DNA of 32,000 bases from Ignicoccus hospitalis KIN4/I (GCF_000017945.1 NC_009776.1:450001-482000); one strand, 5' to 3'; counted from the first letter of the stretch, positions 1 through 10,100 are shown. Notes: generated by a model from the sequence alone, not told the origin. A program made the numbers and translations.

Positions 1-65
1 TGTTGAAGGGGGTCGAAGGGGTCAGTGAGGTAGAAATAGAAACGGTCCACAGGATGAGCTACTAG
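1..65 (+). CDS. C-terminal end of an upstream CDS, possibly translation elongation factor 1-beta (aEF-1beta)
   Basis: Frame starting at base 3 reads LKGVEGVSEVEIETVHRMSY then TAG at 63-65. The VEGVxxVEVExVxR pattern resembles the aEF-1beta C-terminus, but the fragment is very short. Confidence 0.4.
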   Translation, partial: LKGVEGVSEVEIETVHRMSY

Positions 66-139
66 CGCTTTTTGGTATAACCGACGCGAGTACTCCCCTA
101 TATTAGGTATGAGGGCGACTGACCCTTAGGGGCCGCCCG

Positions 140-763
140 ATGAGCTTAGCCCTAGCGCGCGTAAGGGAGTTCTTGGAAGAGTACGGGGAGAGGGCGGCCC
201 TCGTGCTCAAGGCTGCCCTCCAAGTTACTGACAAGTACAGGGCGGAGGGCAAGAACGCGCTGGGGGACTTCGACTACAAGGGGCTTACCCAAACTCTGAA
301 ACTGATGGGGGTGGAGTACAAGCCCTCCTTGCTCCTATCGAAGTTAGAGAAAGAGTACGGAATAATTGAGACCACCTACAAGTCGGGAAACCAGCACTGG
401 TGGAGGTTCGTAGAGGAGGACGCCGTAAGGGAGGCCTTGGAAGAGGAGGACGAAGTAGAGGACCCCAAGTTGGTGATGCTGAAGGTCCAAGCGGCCGCGT
501 TGGGGCTGGAAGAAATTAAGGGGAAGCTCAAGCTCCTCCTCTCCAAGAAGAGGCTGAGCGCCTCGGACAAGAAGTGGTTCCGGAACTTCGCGTTCGAAAC
601 GCTACCCTTGGTAGCGAAGCTCGCGCAGGAGGTAGTGGAGGAGGGCTACGAGGACCCCGAACTCTTGGAGGCTTTGAGGGTTCTGAAGCTCTCCCTCAAG
701 GTGGCGTCCAAGCTCAAATCTAAGGTCCCGCTCGACTTGCCCTCCTTGGAGGTGGAGGAGTGA
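140..763 (+). CDS. Hypothetical protein, 207 aa
   Basis: Open ATG-initiated ORF, charged helical composition, overlaps the next start by 4 nt (GTGA). Family not recognised. Confidence 0.7.
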   Translation: MSLALARVREFLEEYGERAALVLKAALQVTDKYRAEGKNALGDFDYKGLTQTLKLMGVEYKPSLLLSKLEKEYGIIETTYKSGNQHWWRFVEEDAVREALEEEDEVEDPKLVMLKVQAAALGLEEIKGKLKLLLSKKRLSASDKKWFRNFAFETLPLVAKLAQEVVEEGYEDPELLEALRVLKLSLKVASKLKSKVPLDLPSLEVEE

Positions 764-1611
764 GCTGGGAGCCCCTAGCTTCGGAGACCTTGGGAGTTAG
801 GAGCATGGCCCTCGCGGTGGGAAGGGTAGTCATAGACCCCTCCGCCTCCCTGGCCCCCAAGCGGTTCGGCTTGCCCCCTCACCCCTTGGAGTGGGGGGCG
901 CTGAAGGAGGCGGCCGAGAGGATAGTGAGGGCCGTGGAGAGGAGCGAGGCCGTCGTCATAACCCACTACCACCGCGACCACTACAACCCCGGCTGGCTCT
1001 ACGACTATTCCGTTTACGACGGAAAGACCCTATTCATTAAGGATCCCAAGAACAACATCAACGTCAGCCAGAAGATAAGGGCGCACAAGTTCTTGAAGGC
1101 TCTGGAGAAGATGAAGGTGAACGTTCGGGTCGTGGTGGCCGACGGGAGGGAGTTCGAGGAGTTCGACCTCTCCTTCTCCCCTCCATTAGTGCACGGAGAA
1201 CCGAAGTTGGGTTATGTAATAGCCGTCAAAGTCGGGAAGGTCTTGTTTACCTCGGACATAGAGGGAGGGGACGAGGCCGCTAGGGAGTGGGCCAAGTCCC
1301 AAGGGGCCGAAGTGTTGATCGCCGACGGCCCTCCGCTGTACTTAAAGAAGGAGTTCGACGTGGAGGGCTTCAAGGAGTTCTTGCGCTCCTTCCCCTTCGC
1401 GGTGGTGGACCACCACCCGGCCCGGGTGGCCTCTTGGAGGGAGGCCTTGGGGCCCGTGAGGGCCTACTCGGACGTCTTGGGGGTCGAGGAGAGGCTCTTG
1501 GAGGCCAAGAGGAGGGAGCTGTACGAGCTCCACCCGGTGGAGGAGGGGTGGTTTAAGTTTCGCTTCCGAGACATGAGGTCTATCTATTTTACAGAAAACC
1601 CTATTAATTAG
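760..1611 (+). CDS. MBL-fold metallohydrolase, UPF0282-like archaeal family
   Basis: THYHRDHYNP metal-binding motif near the N-terminus, then VLFTSDIEG and VVDHHPAR segments. Starts with GTG. Confidence 0.85.
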   Translation: MSWEPLASETLGVRSMALAVGRVVIDPSASLAPKRFGLPPHPLEWGALKEAAERIVRAVERSEAVVITHYHRDHYNPGWLYDYSVYDGKTLFIKDPKNNINVSQKIRAHKFLKALEKMKVNVRVVVADGREFEEFDLSFSPPLVHGEPKLGYVIAVKVGKVLFTSDIEGGDEAAREWAKSQGAEVLIADGPPLYLKKEFDVEGFKEFLRSFPFAVVDHHPARVASWREALGPVRAYSDVLGVEERLLEAKRRELYELHPVEEGWFKFRFRDMRSIYFTENPIN

Positions 1612-1640
1612 GTCACGGGGCTTCAGACGGCGATCAATCA

Positions 1641-2966
1641 GTGCCCGCCGCCGCCAGAGTGCCCCTCTTCGTTGACGATTTGGTGATGGTAGGGGTAAAC
1701 TACAAGACGTCCGGGAAGGAGCTGGTCGAGAAGGCCCAGTTCCCCGACCCTCTGGCGGCCTACTCGGCGATCAGCAGGATACCGGCAGTGAGGGAAGTGG
1801 TCCTACTCCAGACTTGCAATAGGGTAGAAGTTTACGCAATAACGACTAACAAAAAGGCCACTGTAGAGTCCATCAAGAGCTTGTTGGAAGCTAGGGCGGG
1901 GGAGCCCATACCGGAGGAAAAGTTCGTCATTTACTACGGCACGGACGCCGTGAGGCACTTGTTCCGCGTGGCAGCTGGTTTGGAATCCATGGTGCTCGGA
2001 GAGCCGGACATATTGAGGCAAGTTAGGGAGGCGGCGGAGTTCGCTGCCAAAGAGGGGTACATAGGTAAAGCGTTGAAGCTGACGTTCGAGAACGCAGTAA
2101 GAGTGGGGAAGAGGGTGAGGACGGAGACTGCGCTGGGGAAGGGCAGCATAGGCATCCCCTCTGCCTCGGTCAAGCTCTTGGAGGAGCTGATAGGGCTCGA
2201 GGGGAAGAAGCTGCTCGTGGTGGGCGCCGGGATGGCCGGGAGGGTGGTGGCAGTCAACGCAGCGAAGAGGGGAGCCAAAGTGATAATCGTTAACAGAACT
2301 TTAAGCAAGGCGAAAGAGCTGGCCGAGGAGGTCGGCGGGGAGGCCTACCCCTTGGAGGAGCTCCCCCGGCTCCTAAGGGAGGCGGACGCGGTGGTGGTCG
2401 CCGTGGGAGGGGGGAGCAAGGTAATAACTAGGGACGCGGTGGCAGAAGTAAACAAGAAGCTGGTGATAGTGGACATTTCCGAACCTCCGGCCGTAGACCC
2501 TGGAGTTTCCTTAAACCCCTACGTGATATACAAAGACATGTTAGCGGTGGCGGAAGTGGCGAACAGGGGACTGGAGAAGAGGAAGTCAGAAATAAAGAGG
2601 GCCGAAGACATAATAGAGGCGGAGCTGAACAAGTTCGTTAACTTCGCCCAGAGGGTGTTAGCGGACAAGATCTTAAGGGAGTTGATGGAGAAGGTAGAAC
2701 AGATTAGAATAAACGAGCTCTCCAAGGCGATGGCCAAAGTACCCCAAGAGTACGCAGAGGTGTTGGACAAGATGACGTCGTCCCTAGTCAAGAAGGTTCT
2801 AAAGGACGTCATCTTGAAGGTGAGGGAAGCTGCCGGGAAGGGGGACCTAACCACCTTGAGGATAGTGGCGGAAGTCTTCGACTTGAAAGAGTCCTTGAAC
2901 AACATAGAAATAATATACGATTACAACGGCGTGGAACAAGAGCTCAAACGGAAGCTCGAGCTTTAA
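1641..2966 (+). CDS. hemA: Glutamyl-tRNA reductase
   Basis: VGVNYKTSG, LLQTCNRVEVY, GLESMVLGEPDILRQVREA and Rossmann-like LLVVGAGMAGRV. The ATG at 1686 (MVGVNYKT) is an alternative start. Confidence 0.96.
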   Translation: MPAAARVPLFVDDLVMVGVNYKTSGKELVEKAQFPDPLAAYSAISRIPAVREVVLLQTCNRVEVYAITTNKKATVESIKSLLEARAGEPIPEEKFVIYYGTDAVRHLFRVAAGLESMVLGEPDILRQVREAAEFAAKEGYIGKALKLTFENAVRVGKRVRTETALGKGSIGIPSASVKLLEELIGLEGKKLLVVGAGMAGRVVAVNAAKRGAKVIIVNRTLSKAKELAEEVGGEAYPLEELPRLLREADAVVVAVGGGSKVITRDAVAEVNKKLVIVDISEPPAVDPGVSLNPYVIYKDMLAVAEVANRGLEKRKSEIKRAEDIIEAELNKFVNFAQRVLADKILRELMEKVEQIRINELSKAMAKVPQEYAEVLDKMTSSLVKKVLKDVILKVREAAGKGDLTTLRIVAEVFDLKESLNNIEIIYDYNGVEQELKRKLEL

Positions 2967-2998
2967 CCTCCGCCTCCGTCGCCCCGCGGGCACGCCCT

Positions 2999-3097
2999 TT
3001 GTGGAGGGTCGCGGTAGACGTAGGCGGCACGTTCACGGACCTCTTCGCCGTGGGTCCCAGAGGTTACGAAAGGGTCAAGGTGCTCTCCACCCCCTAA
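2999..3097 (+). CDS. N-terminal fragment of hydantoinase A/5-oxoprolinase family protein, ending at a premature TAA
   Basis: The frame starting at TTG 2999 reads MWRVAVDVGGTFTDLFAVGPRGYERVKVLSTP*. DVGGTFTD is the hallmark N-terminal motif of the HyuA family and is absent from the downstream ORF. Confidence 0.8.
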   Translation: MWRVAVDVGGTFTDLFAVGPRGYERVKVLSTP

Positions 3098-3116
3098 GGC
3101 CCCCGAGAGGGGGGCC
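3098..3116 (+). promoter_or_regulatory. Perfect 7-bp GC hairpin abutting the in-frame TAA at the hyuA frame change
   Basis: GGCCCCC (3098-3104), loop GAGAG, GGGGGCC (3110-3116), immediately after CCC-TAA (3092-3097). The structure is read directly; any function is speculative. Confidence 0.4.
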
Positions 3117-3167
3117 CTAGAGGCGATAAGGGAGTTCCTCCGCAAGACCCAAGTCGAGCCGGAGGAC

Positions 3168-5006
3168 GTGGGCATAGTGGTTCACGCTACCACGATAGCC
3201 ACCAACGCGCTGTTGGGACAAGAGGGGCTGGAGCTGGGAGAGGTAAGCTTGGTGACCACCAAGGGGTTCGAAGATATAATAGAAATTGCTAGACAATCGA
3301 GGCCCGCGCTGTACGACTTCTCCGGGAGGCGGCCCAAGCCCCTGGTGCCCCCGGAGCTGCGCTTCGGGGTGGAGGAGAGGACCTCTTGGGACGGGAGGGT
3401 TCTGAAAGAGGTAGACGAGGGCGAGCTGGCCTCCCTCGCCCCCAAGCTTCGGGGCACGGTCGCCGTGTGCTTCTTACACAGCTACTCCAACCCCCACAAC
3501 GAGGCCAAGGCCAAGGACGTGTTACGGAACTTGGGCTTCGAGGTAGTCGCCTCCCACGAGTCGGTTATGGAGATGAGGGAGTACGAGAGGTTCAGCACGA
3601 CCATAATAAACGCCGCCTTGAGGCCCGTGGTCAGCTCGTACCTCCTCAAGTTCCGCAAGGGGTTGGACGAGCTCGGGATAAGGGCTCCGCTCATGGTGGT
3701 CGCCAGCTCCGGGGGGCTGGTGGACGAGGAGGAGGCCAAGGCGAGGCCCGGCCAGCTGATAGAGAGCGGGCCGGCAGGAGGGGCGGTGGGCGCGGCCGCC
3801 TACGCGGCCGAGTTGGGGGTTGAGGAGGCCTTGGCCTTCGACATGGGCGGCACCACCGCTAAGGCGAGCGTGGTGGTTAAGGGCAGGCCGGCGCTGGTAC
3901 ACGAGTACGAGGTCGGCGGGAAGGTCCACGCCGGCAGGGTGGTGAAGGGCTCCGGCTACCCGGTTAGATACCCCTTCGTGGACGTGGCCGAGGTCTCCGC
4001 GGGAGGGGGGACCGTAGCGTGGGAGGAAGGAGGGGCGCTCCGCGTGGGGCCCAAGTCCGCGGGGGCCGACCCGGGGCCGGCGTGTTACGGCAGGGGAGGG
4101 AAGCAGCCCACCGTGACGGACGCGGACCTCCTCTTGGGGCGCCTCCCCGAGGAGCTCCCCACCGGGTTGAAGCTTAGGAGGGACCTAGCCCTCGAGGCCT
4201 ACTCCGAGCTCGCCCGGAGGCTCTCCGCGGAGCCCTTGGAGGTGGCGGCAGCAGTAATAGAGGCGATAACTGAGGAGATGGCCAGAGTGGTGAGGGTAGT
4301 GACGGTCGAGAGGGGCTTGGACCCCTCAGACTTGGTCATGATAGCCTACGGGGGCATGGGGCCCCTCCACGGCCCCGAGCTGGCGGAGTTCTTGGGAATG
4401 AAGGAAGTCCTCGTGCCCCCCGGGGCGGGGGTCTTCACAGCCGTAGGCATGCTGTTCGCCGACGCTATGTATAGCACATCAAAGACCGTTAACGCCCCCG
4501 CGGACGAGGACTTGGAGCCCACCTACGCCGAGCTGGAGGGGGTAGCAGTTTCGAGGATGAAGGCAGCTTCCATGGAACCCGACGAGGTGTTGAGGACTGC
4601 CGAGGCGCGCTACGAAGGTCAAGGGTGGACGGTGGAGGTTCCTGTGCCGAGACCCTACTCGCCCCAAGCGGTGAAGAGGGCCTTCGAGGAGGAGCACGAG
4701 AGGAGGTACGGCTTCACGTTGGACTCCGAAGTAATCGTGGAGACGGCGAGGGTTTATACGATTCACAAGTCACCGAAAGTTAGGGTAAAGGCCCCTCCGA
4801 CGGGCCCGGAGCTCCTCTGGGAGGGGGAAGCGTGGTTCCTCAAGCGGGGCTGGGAGGAGGCGAGGGCCTACGCGAGGTTCGGGAAGGGGGAAGTGGAGGG
4901 GCCGGCCATAATAGTGGACTACGACTCGGTGACCCTAGTGCCTCCGGGGTGGAGCGCCAAGGCGTTGGAGGACGGGAGCTTGTTGCTCAAAAAAGGCTCT
5001 ACTTGA
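3168..5006 (+). CDS. Hydantoinase A/5-oxoprolinase family protein, main body. This frame is open from about 3096 (PKAPERGALEAIREFLRKTQVEPEDVGIVVHATTIATNALL).
   Basis: HATTIATNALL, LAFDMGGTTAKASVV, GPKSAGADPGPACYGRGG, VTDADLLLGRL, YGGMGPLHG. The N-terminus is encoded in another frame upstream. Confidence 0.9.
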   Translation: MGIVVHATTIATNALLGQEGLELGEVSLVTTKGFEDIIEIARQSRPALYDFSGRRPKPLVPPELRFGVEERTSWDGRVLKEVDEGELASLAPKLRGTVAVCFLHSYSNPHNEAKAKDVLRNLGFEVVASHESVMEMREYERFSTTIINAALRPVVSSYLLKFRKGLDELGIRAPLMVVASSGGLVDEEEAKARPGQLIESGPAGGAVGAAAYAAELGVEEALAFDMGGTTAKASVVVKGRPALVHEYEVGGKVHAGRVVKGSGYPVRYPFVDVAEVSAGGGTVAWEEGGALRVGPKSAGADPGPACYGRGGKQPTVTDADLLLGRLPEELPTGLKLRRDLALEAYSELARRLSAEPLEVAAAVIEAITEEMARVVRVVTVERGLDPSDLVMIAYGGMGPLHGPELAEFLGMKEVLVPPGAGVFTAVGMLFADAMYSTSKTVNAPADEDLEPTYAELEGVAVSRMKAASMEPDEVLRTAEARYEGQGWTVEVPVPRPYSPQAVKRAFEEEHERRYGFTLDSEVIVETARVYTIHKSPKVRVKAPPTGPELLWEGEAWFLKRGWEEARAYARFGKGEVEGPAIIVDYDSVTLVPPGWSAKALEDGSLLLKKGST

Positions 5007-5856
5007 GGAACCACTCCAAGGGCACAGTAGCTACTCCCTCGCCCAAGCCGCCGGCGGTGGCGGCGGCCACGTAACCCTCTCCCCTAGCTACGTCGTACAC
5101 CTCGGGAACGCCGACCGCCACCTTAGTAGCCCCGTTCTCGACCAGCACCAGGCCCATGTTGGTGCCGCGCAGCCCTACGATCGCCTTGTCGGGGGAGAGG
5201 GCTAGGACCGCGCAAGCCCTACCCTTCTCAGGCGTCCAAACGAACACCGTGACGTTGCCGGTGACGCTGAAGGCGTTCAAGGTACCGTTGTGAACGTAGA
5301 ACACTATGCCTCCGGTGTAGTCAGCGTCCCTAACGGTGACGTTGGTTATCATCCTGACAGCGTTGCCCTCGTACAAGTAGAGGCCCTCGTCGCCGAAGAA
5401 CAGCAGCGCCTCGCCGCCCTCCACCTCGGGCGCCGGGGCGTTCACCTCCTTGACCAGCGTCGCGGTGGTGCCGTTCAGCTTGAAGAAGTAGGCCTTGAGA
5501 CCCTCCTCGTCGCGCACGGTGACCACTGCGGTGCCGTTGTAGTAGGCGCAGTCCAAAGAGGTGCCAGTCACGGAGGGGTAGCTCTCGTTGCCCAACACTA
5601 TGTCCTCTATCGGGTAGTAGGTGTTGTTGGTCACTAGCACTAGGTGCGTGAGGTTCTCGGCGGAGGTGCTTACTAGGAAGCCTCCGGGTATTGAAGTCAC
5701 ACAGGTGACGTTCTCGCCCAGGTCGAACTGGGCGACCGTGAGGCCGCTGGTGGCGTTCAGCAAGTACAGCAGGGGGCCTTGGGAAGCCGCTACTAAGTTC
5801 CCGTTAGCTGCTAGGGAGCTTATCAACCCTATGAGGAAGAACGCGCCGTACACCAC
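4999..5856 (-). CDS. Predicted secreted or surface protein, 285 aa
   Basis: Hydrophobic N-terminal segment (MVYGAFFLIGLISSLA), then a beta-rich sequence with many N-x-T/S sequons. Convergent overlap of 8 nt with hyuA. Confidence 0.7.
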   Translation of the reverse strand: MVYGAFFLIGLISSLAANGNLVAASQGPLLYLLNATSGLTVAQFDLGENVTCVTSIPGGFLVSTSAENLTHLVLVTNNTYYPIEDIVLGNESYPSVTGTSLDCAYYNGTAVVTVRDEEGLKAYFFKLNGTTATLVKEVNAPAPEVEGGEALLFFGDEGLYLYEGNAVRMITNVTVRDADYTGGIVFYVHNGTLNAFSVTGNVTVFVWTPEKGRACAVLALSPDKAIVGLRGTNMGLVLVENGATKVAVGVPEVYDVARGEGYVAAATAGGLGEGVATVPLEWFLK

Positions 5857-5922
5857 TTTTCCCTACGGGTGAGGAGAGCGGGGACGAAAAAATCTACAAG
5901 GTTGGACGAGGTGGAAAGGCGC

Positions 5923-6969
5923 TCACTCCGCGGAGGCCTCCGCGGGCTGGAGCTCCTTCTCCATGAGCTCTCTGGGCGGGTAGCCCAACTCCTTGAAGAA
6001 CATCTTGGTCTCGTTGTCCAGCTCGTCCAGCTTGTCCTTTATGGCGTAGTAGAGCTTCTCCAAAGCGGTGTAAGCCCTGCTGGACAGCTTGCTCTTGAAC
6101 CAAGTTATGTCCTTGGCGTTGCCCACTTGATCGCTGAAGTCGTAGTTCCAGTACTCATCCTTAGTTCTTCCAGTTATCAAGTACTCGAACTCCAGCAACA
6201 GAGTGCCCCTGGGTATTATGTAGTCCCCGAAGCCCTCGAGCATGTTTATTATTTGCCTCTTTATCTTGCTCAAGTTCCTTATGCCGGCGAGCTTGTTGGG
6301 GCTGGGCCTTATCTTTATAACTTGAAGTATTCCGAGGAAGGTCATTATCAAGCTCAGGTCGCTGACGGGCTCGTACCACGGCCTCCCCTCCACGCCCTCA
6401 ATAGCCGGGGTTCTGTTCAGAACTTGCCTGGCGAGCAACAAGTTGTAAGGGCTGGCTTGCTTGAACTTCTCCAACAAGGCCAGCTGGCTCAGGCTGCTCA
6501 CTTGGGTCACGCCGAACATGGTGTGTCTGGCCGGCGTGGTCACCATCAAGTTCACGTAGAAGCTGAACATCAACGCCGCGGACGGGTCGTCCTTGAGGAC
6601 GTCGTAGACGAACTGGCTCACCGGGGTCCTCCTCACCGCCAAGCTGGTCAGCCTGCTGGGCACCTCGTCGTAGGAGACCACCTCCAGCACGTTGAAGGCT
6701 TCAAGAACCCTCAAGTAATACAGCAGGTCGGTCATGCCGAAGTTCTTGAGGCTGGGGTACTTGTCGCCCAGCTTGTCCACGTGCGTCATCCCGCCGAGCA
6801 TGTCGGAGAGCCTTACCCCCTTGCCGTAGGGCTCGTCCGCGTTCACTAGGAGGTCTCGGTAGAACTCGAGGAAGCCCCTGATGTTGCTAAGCTTCCCTTG
6901 AGCGGCAGCAATCACTTCTTTGAACCTTTTGGGCGTCCAGAGTTCGGGGCTTAACGGTATTACTAACAT
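5923..6969 (-). CDS. Hypothetical protein, 348 aa
   Basis: Long ORF with ATG and an upstream GGAGGAGGA Shine-Dalgarno on the minus strand. Promoter-like TATA at about 7006-7014. Confidence 0.75.
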   Translation of the reverse strand: MLVIPLSPELWTPKRFKEVIAAAQGKLSNIRGFLEFYRDLLVNADEPYGKGVRLSDMLGGMTHVDKLGDKYPSLKNFGMTDLLYYLRVLEAFNVLEVVSYDEVPSRLTSLAVRRTPVSQFVYDVLKDDPSAALMFSFYVNLMVTTPARHTMFGVTQVSSLSQLALLEKFKQASPYNLLLARQVLNRTPAIEGVEGRPWYEPVSDLSLIMTFLGILQVIKIRPSPNKLAGIRNLSKIKRQIINMLEGFGDYIIPRGTLLLEFEYLITGRTKDEYWNYDFSDQVGNAKDITWFKSKLSSRAYTALEKLYYAIKDKLDELDNETKMFFKELGYPPRELMEKELQPAEASAE

Positions 6970-7003
6970 CTTCCTCCTCCCCGAGCGTTCCTAAGGGGAA
7001 AGG

Positions 7004-7017
7004 GGGATATAAATAAC
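7004..7017 (-). promoter_or_regulatory. TATA-box-like element for the 5923..6969 gene
   Basis: Plus strand ggatataaataa, about 40 nt upstream of the minus-strand start codon. Confidence 0.45.
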
Positions 7018-7133
7018 TACGCGCAGCCCCGCTACCTACCTTTATGCTCCCTACACCCTTCAGTTGCCCTTGAACGACGCTGCGTCCTTTTGAAAAACCC
7101 TTAAGCCGGCTACGCCGCCGCGGGGCCGAAGGC

Positions 7134-10100
7134 TTGTACGCTTCCTACCGACGCTCGTGCCCCTCGTGCGGAGGGGAAATAGAGGACGTCAACTTGTCCT
7201 TGGGCTTGCCTTGCGACAAGTGCTTGAGGGTTGTGGGCTTAGAGAGCTTGAAGTTAGACCCTTCTAAGAAGGACTCGCCCTCCGTCCGGAGGAGGCTGAT
7301 AGAACTAGGGGGGCCCTTAGGGGAAAGCTTGAAGCTCGAAGAGGAGCTGGAGTCCTTGGAGAAGGTGTTCCAAGAAGTCTTGGGAGCCCCCATGTGGAGC
7401 GCCCAGAGGGCTTGGGCCCTGAGGGCCCTGAGGGGGGAGAGCTTCTCCATAGTGGCCCCGACGGGCATGGGCAAGAGCACCTTGGGTGCGCTCCTTTCTG
7501 TGTATCTGAGCCACAAAAAGAAGAAGAAGAGCTACATTATAGTCCCCACCACGCCGCTCGTAGATATGATGTTCAGAAAGGTCTCCGCCTTCGCGGAGGC
7601 CTTCGGCGTCCGGGCGGTTTACTTCCACTCCAAGATGTCGCCCTCTCAGAGGAAGGAAATGAAGGAGAGGCTCCTCTCTGGGGACTTCGACGTACTCATT
7701 ACTACCTCCAGATTTCTAATAAATAATTTAGACTTACTGAAGAATTACGAGTTCGGATTCGTCTTCGTCGACGACGTCGATTCAGTCTTGAAGAGTCCCA
7801 AAAACGTGGACAGGATATTAATGGTGTTAGGCCTCCAAGAGTCAGACGTCAAAAGGCTGGAGGAGGTAGACAAGGAGCTCTCTAGGAAAGCACAAGTGTT
7901 AACGAAGCTTCAAGATTTGCAGAAGAGATACCAACTCTTAAAGGAGATGAGAGAGCTAGAGGAAGAATTGGAAGATTTGAAGAGGAAAGTTAAGGGGAAC
8001 TTGATAGTAAGCTCTGCTACGGGGAGAGCGAAAGGGAATAGGGTAAGGCTCTTCACGCGCTTGTTGGGCTTCACCCCGGGCGGCGTCGGAGAAGGGGTAA
8101 GGAACGTGGTCGACTCCTACTCCCGCTCCTCGGACGTCGTGGAAGTGGTCAAGAAGCTGGGCAAGGGAGGGCTGGTCTTCGTCCCCGCCGACTTGGGAGC
8201 CAAGGGAGCCGAGGAAGTCGCGGAGGCCTTGAGGGCCGCCGGGGTTGCAGCTGAGGTCGCGACCTCGGAGAGGATCGGCGTCATTAAGGACTTTGAGGAA
8301 GGGAGGGTTGAAGTCTTGGTGGGCGTGGCCACCCACTACGGGGTGTTGGTGAGGGGCATAGACTTGCCCCACGTGGTGCGCTACGCCGTCTTCGTAGGCG
8401 TGCCCCGGTTCAAGTTCAAGCTGAAGCTGGAAGAGCCCTCGCCCATGACCATTTATAGGCTCTGCTCGTTGGCGGCCAGGTTCTTCGAGGAGTGTGCCTC
8501 CCTCTACGCCAAGCTGCGCAAGTGGGTCCAGAGGCTGGGGCCCGCGGGGCTTCAAAGCGTAGAGGAGGCCTTGAAGGAGGGAAGCGCCTCCACCCCGGCC
8601 TCTAAGGACTTCATGGAAGCTTATACCAAACTGAAAGAGATAATAGAAAAAACGGATTTCATTGAAAAACTCAAGGAGTCCGGCGAAGTGGACGTGGTAG
8701 CGGAGGACTCTCTGTACGTCTTGATTCCCGACGCCGCCACCTACTTACAAGCCTCCGGGAGGACGTCCAGGCTTTACGCGGGAGGCGTCACCAAGGGCTT
8801 GTCCGTAGTACTGGTGGACTCGGAGCCCCTCTTCAGAGGCCTCAAGAAGAGGTTGGCGTGGGTGGTGGAGGAGTGGAAGGAGTTCGAGTCCTTGAACTTG
8901 AGTGAGCTGCTCAAGGAGATAGACGAGGATAGGAAGAAGGTCTTAAAGGTCATCAGGGGGGAGCTAAAGGTTGAAGAAGTTCGAGACCTCATGAAGACCG
9001 TACTAATGATAGTTGAGTCGCCCAACAAAGCTAGGACGATAACGAGCTTCTTCGGGCGCCCCAGCGTGAGACAAGTGAAGGGCGTGAAGGTTTACGAGGT
9101 CACCTTGGGGGACAAGCTCTTGTACGTGGCCGCCAGCGGAGGCCACGTGTACGACCTAGTCGAAGAGGCCGACCCTTGTAACGAGGAGCCTTGCATGCTC
9201 TTCGGCATAAGGGTAAAGGACGTGCCGGAGGAGGTGCTGAGCTCCATAAAGCGGTGCGCCGTGTGCGGCCACCAGTTCTCGGGGGACGTGAAGGAGTGCC
9301 CGAGGTGCGGCTCGCCCTTCATAAAGGACGCCAAGGACGTGGTGGACGGGTTAAGGGAGCTCGCCCAAGAAGTGGACGAGGTCCTAATCGGCACGGACCC
9401 CGACACGGAGGGGGAGAAGATAGGCTGGGACTTGAAGAACCTAATATCCCCGTTCGCGAAGAAGATAAGGAGGGCCGAGTTCCACGAAATAACGAAGAAG
9501 GCAATATTGAAAGCGTTGGAGAACCCAAGGGACTTCGACATGGGGTACGTTTGGTCCCAGATGGTCCGGAGGGCCGAGGACAGGCTGACAGGCTTCACCT
9601 TGAGCCCGAAGCTCTGGTTCGAACTGTGGCCGCAGCTGTGCGAGGTCTCCAAAGAAATGAAGAAGAAGCTGCTCGGGTGTCCGCTCACTAGGAACTTGTC
9701 CGCCGGAAGGGTCCAGACCCCCGTCCTCGGGTGGGTAATACAGAGGTACGAGGAATACGCCAAGTCCAAGAAGAAGTTCTACATAATAAGGTTCGACGGA
9801 CGCGAGCTCGAGTTCTCCGAGGACGAGTTGAGAGGCTTCTCCAAAAAGCTCGCAATAGACGGGAAGGTCAAAATACTCAAGGTAGAGGAGGAGGTAGAGG
9901 AGCTCAAGCCCTTGCCCCCCTACACCACAGACACCATGCTCGAGGACGCCTCCAAGCTGGGGCTGGACCCCTCGAGAGCTATGAGGGTAGCCCAAGACTT
10001 GTTCGAGATGGGGTTCATAACTTACCACAGGACGGACTCCACCAGGGTGTCGGACGCGGGCATAGCGGTGGCGAGGGAGTGGATAACCTCCAAGTTCGAG

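Noticed and set aside
4479-4766. Minus-strand ORFs within hyuA (4479..4766, 3522..3929, 3482..3739)
   Set aside because: Antisense to a motif-supported coding sequence, without independent domain or start-site evidence.
5869-6849. 326-aa ORF on + strand opposite the 348-aa hypothetical gene
   Set aside because: It is fully antisense to a gene with a clear SD and TATA box. Its composition is Leu/Glu/His/Gly-rich, typical of a shadow ORF in GC-rich DNA.
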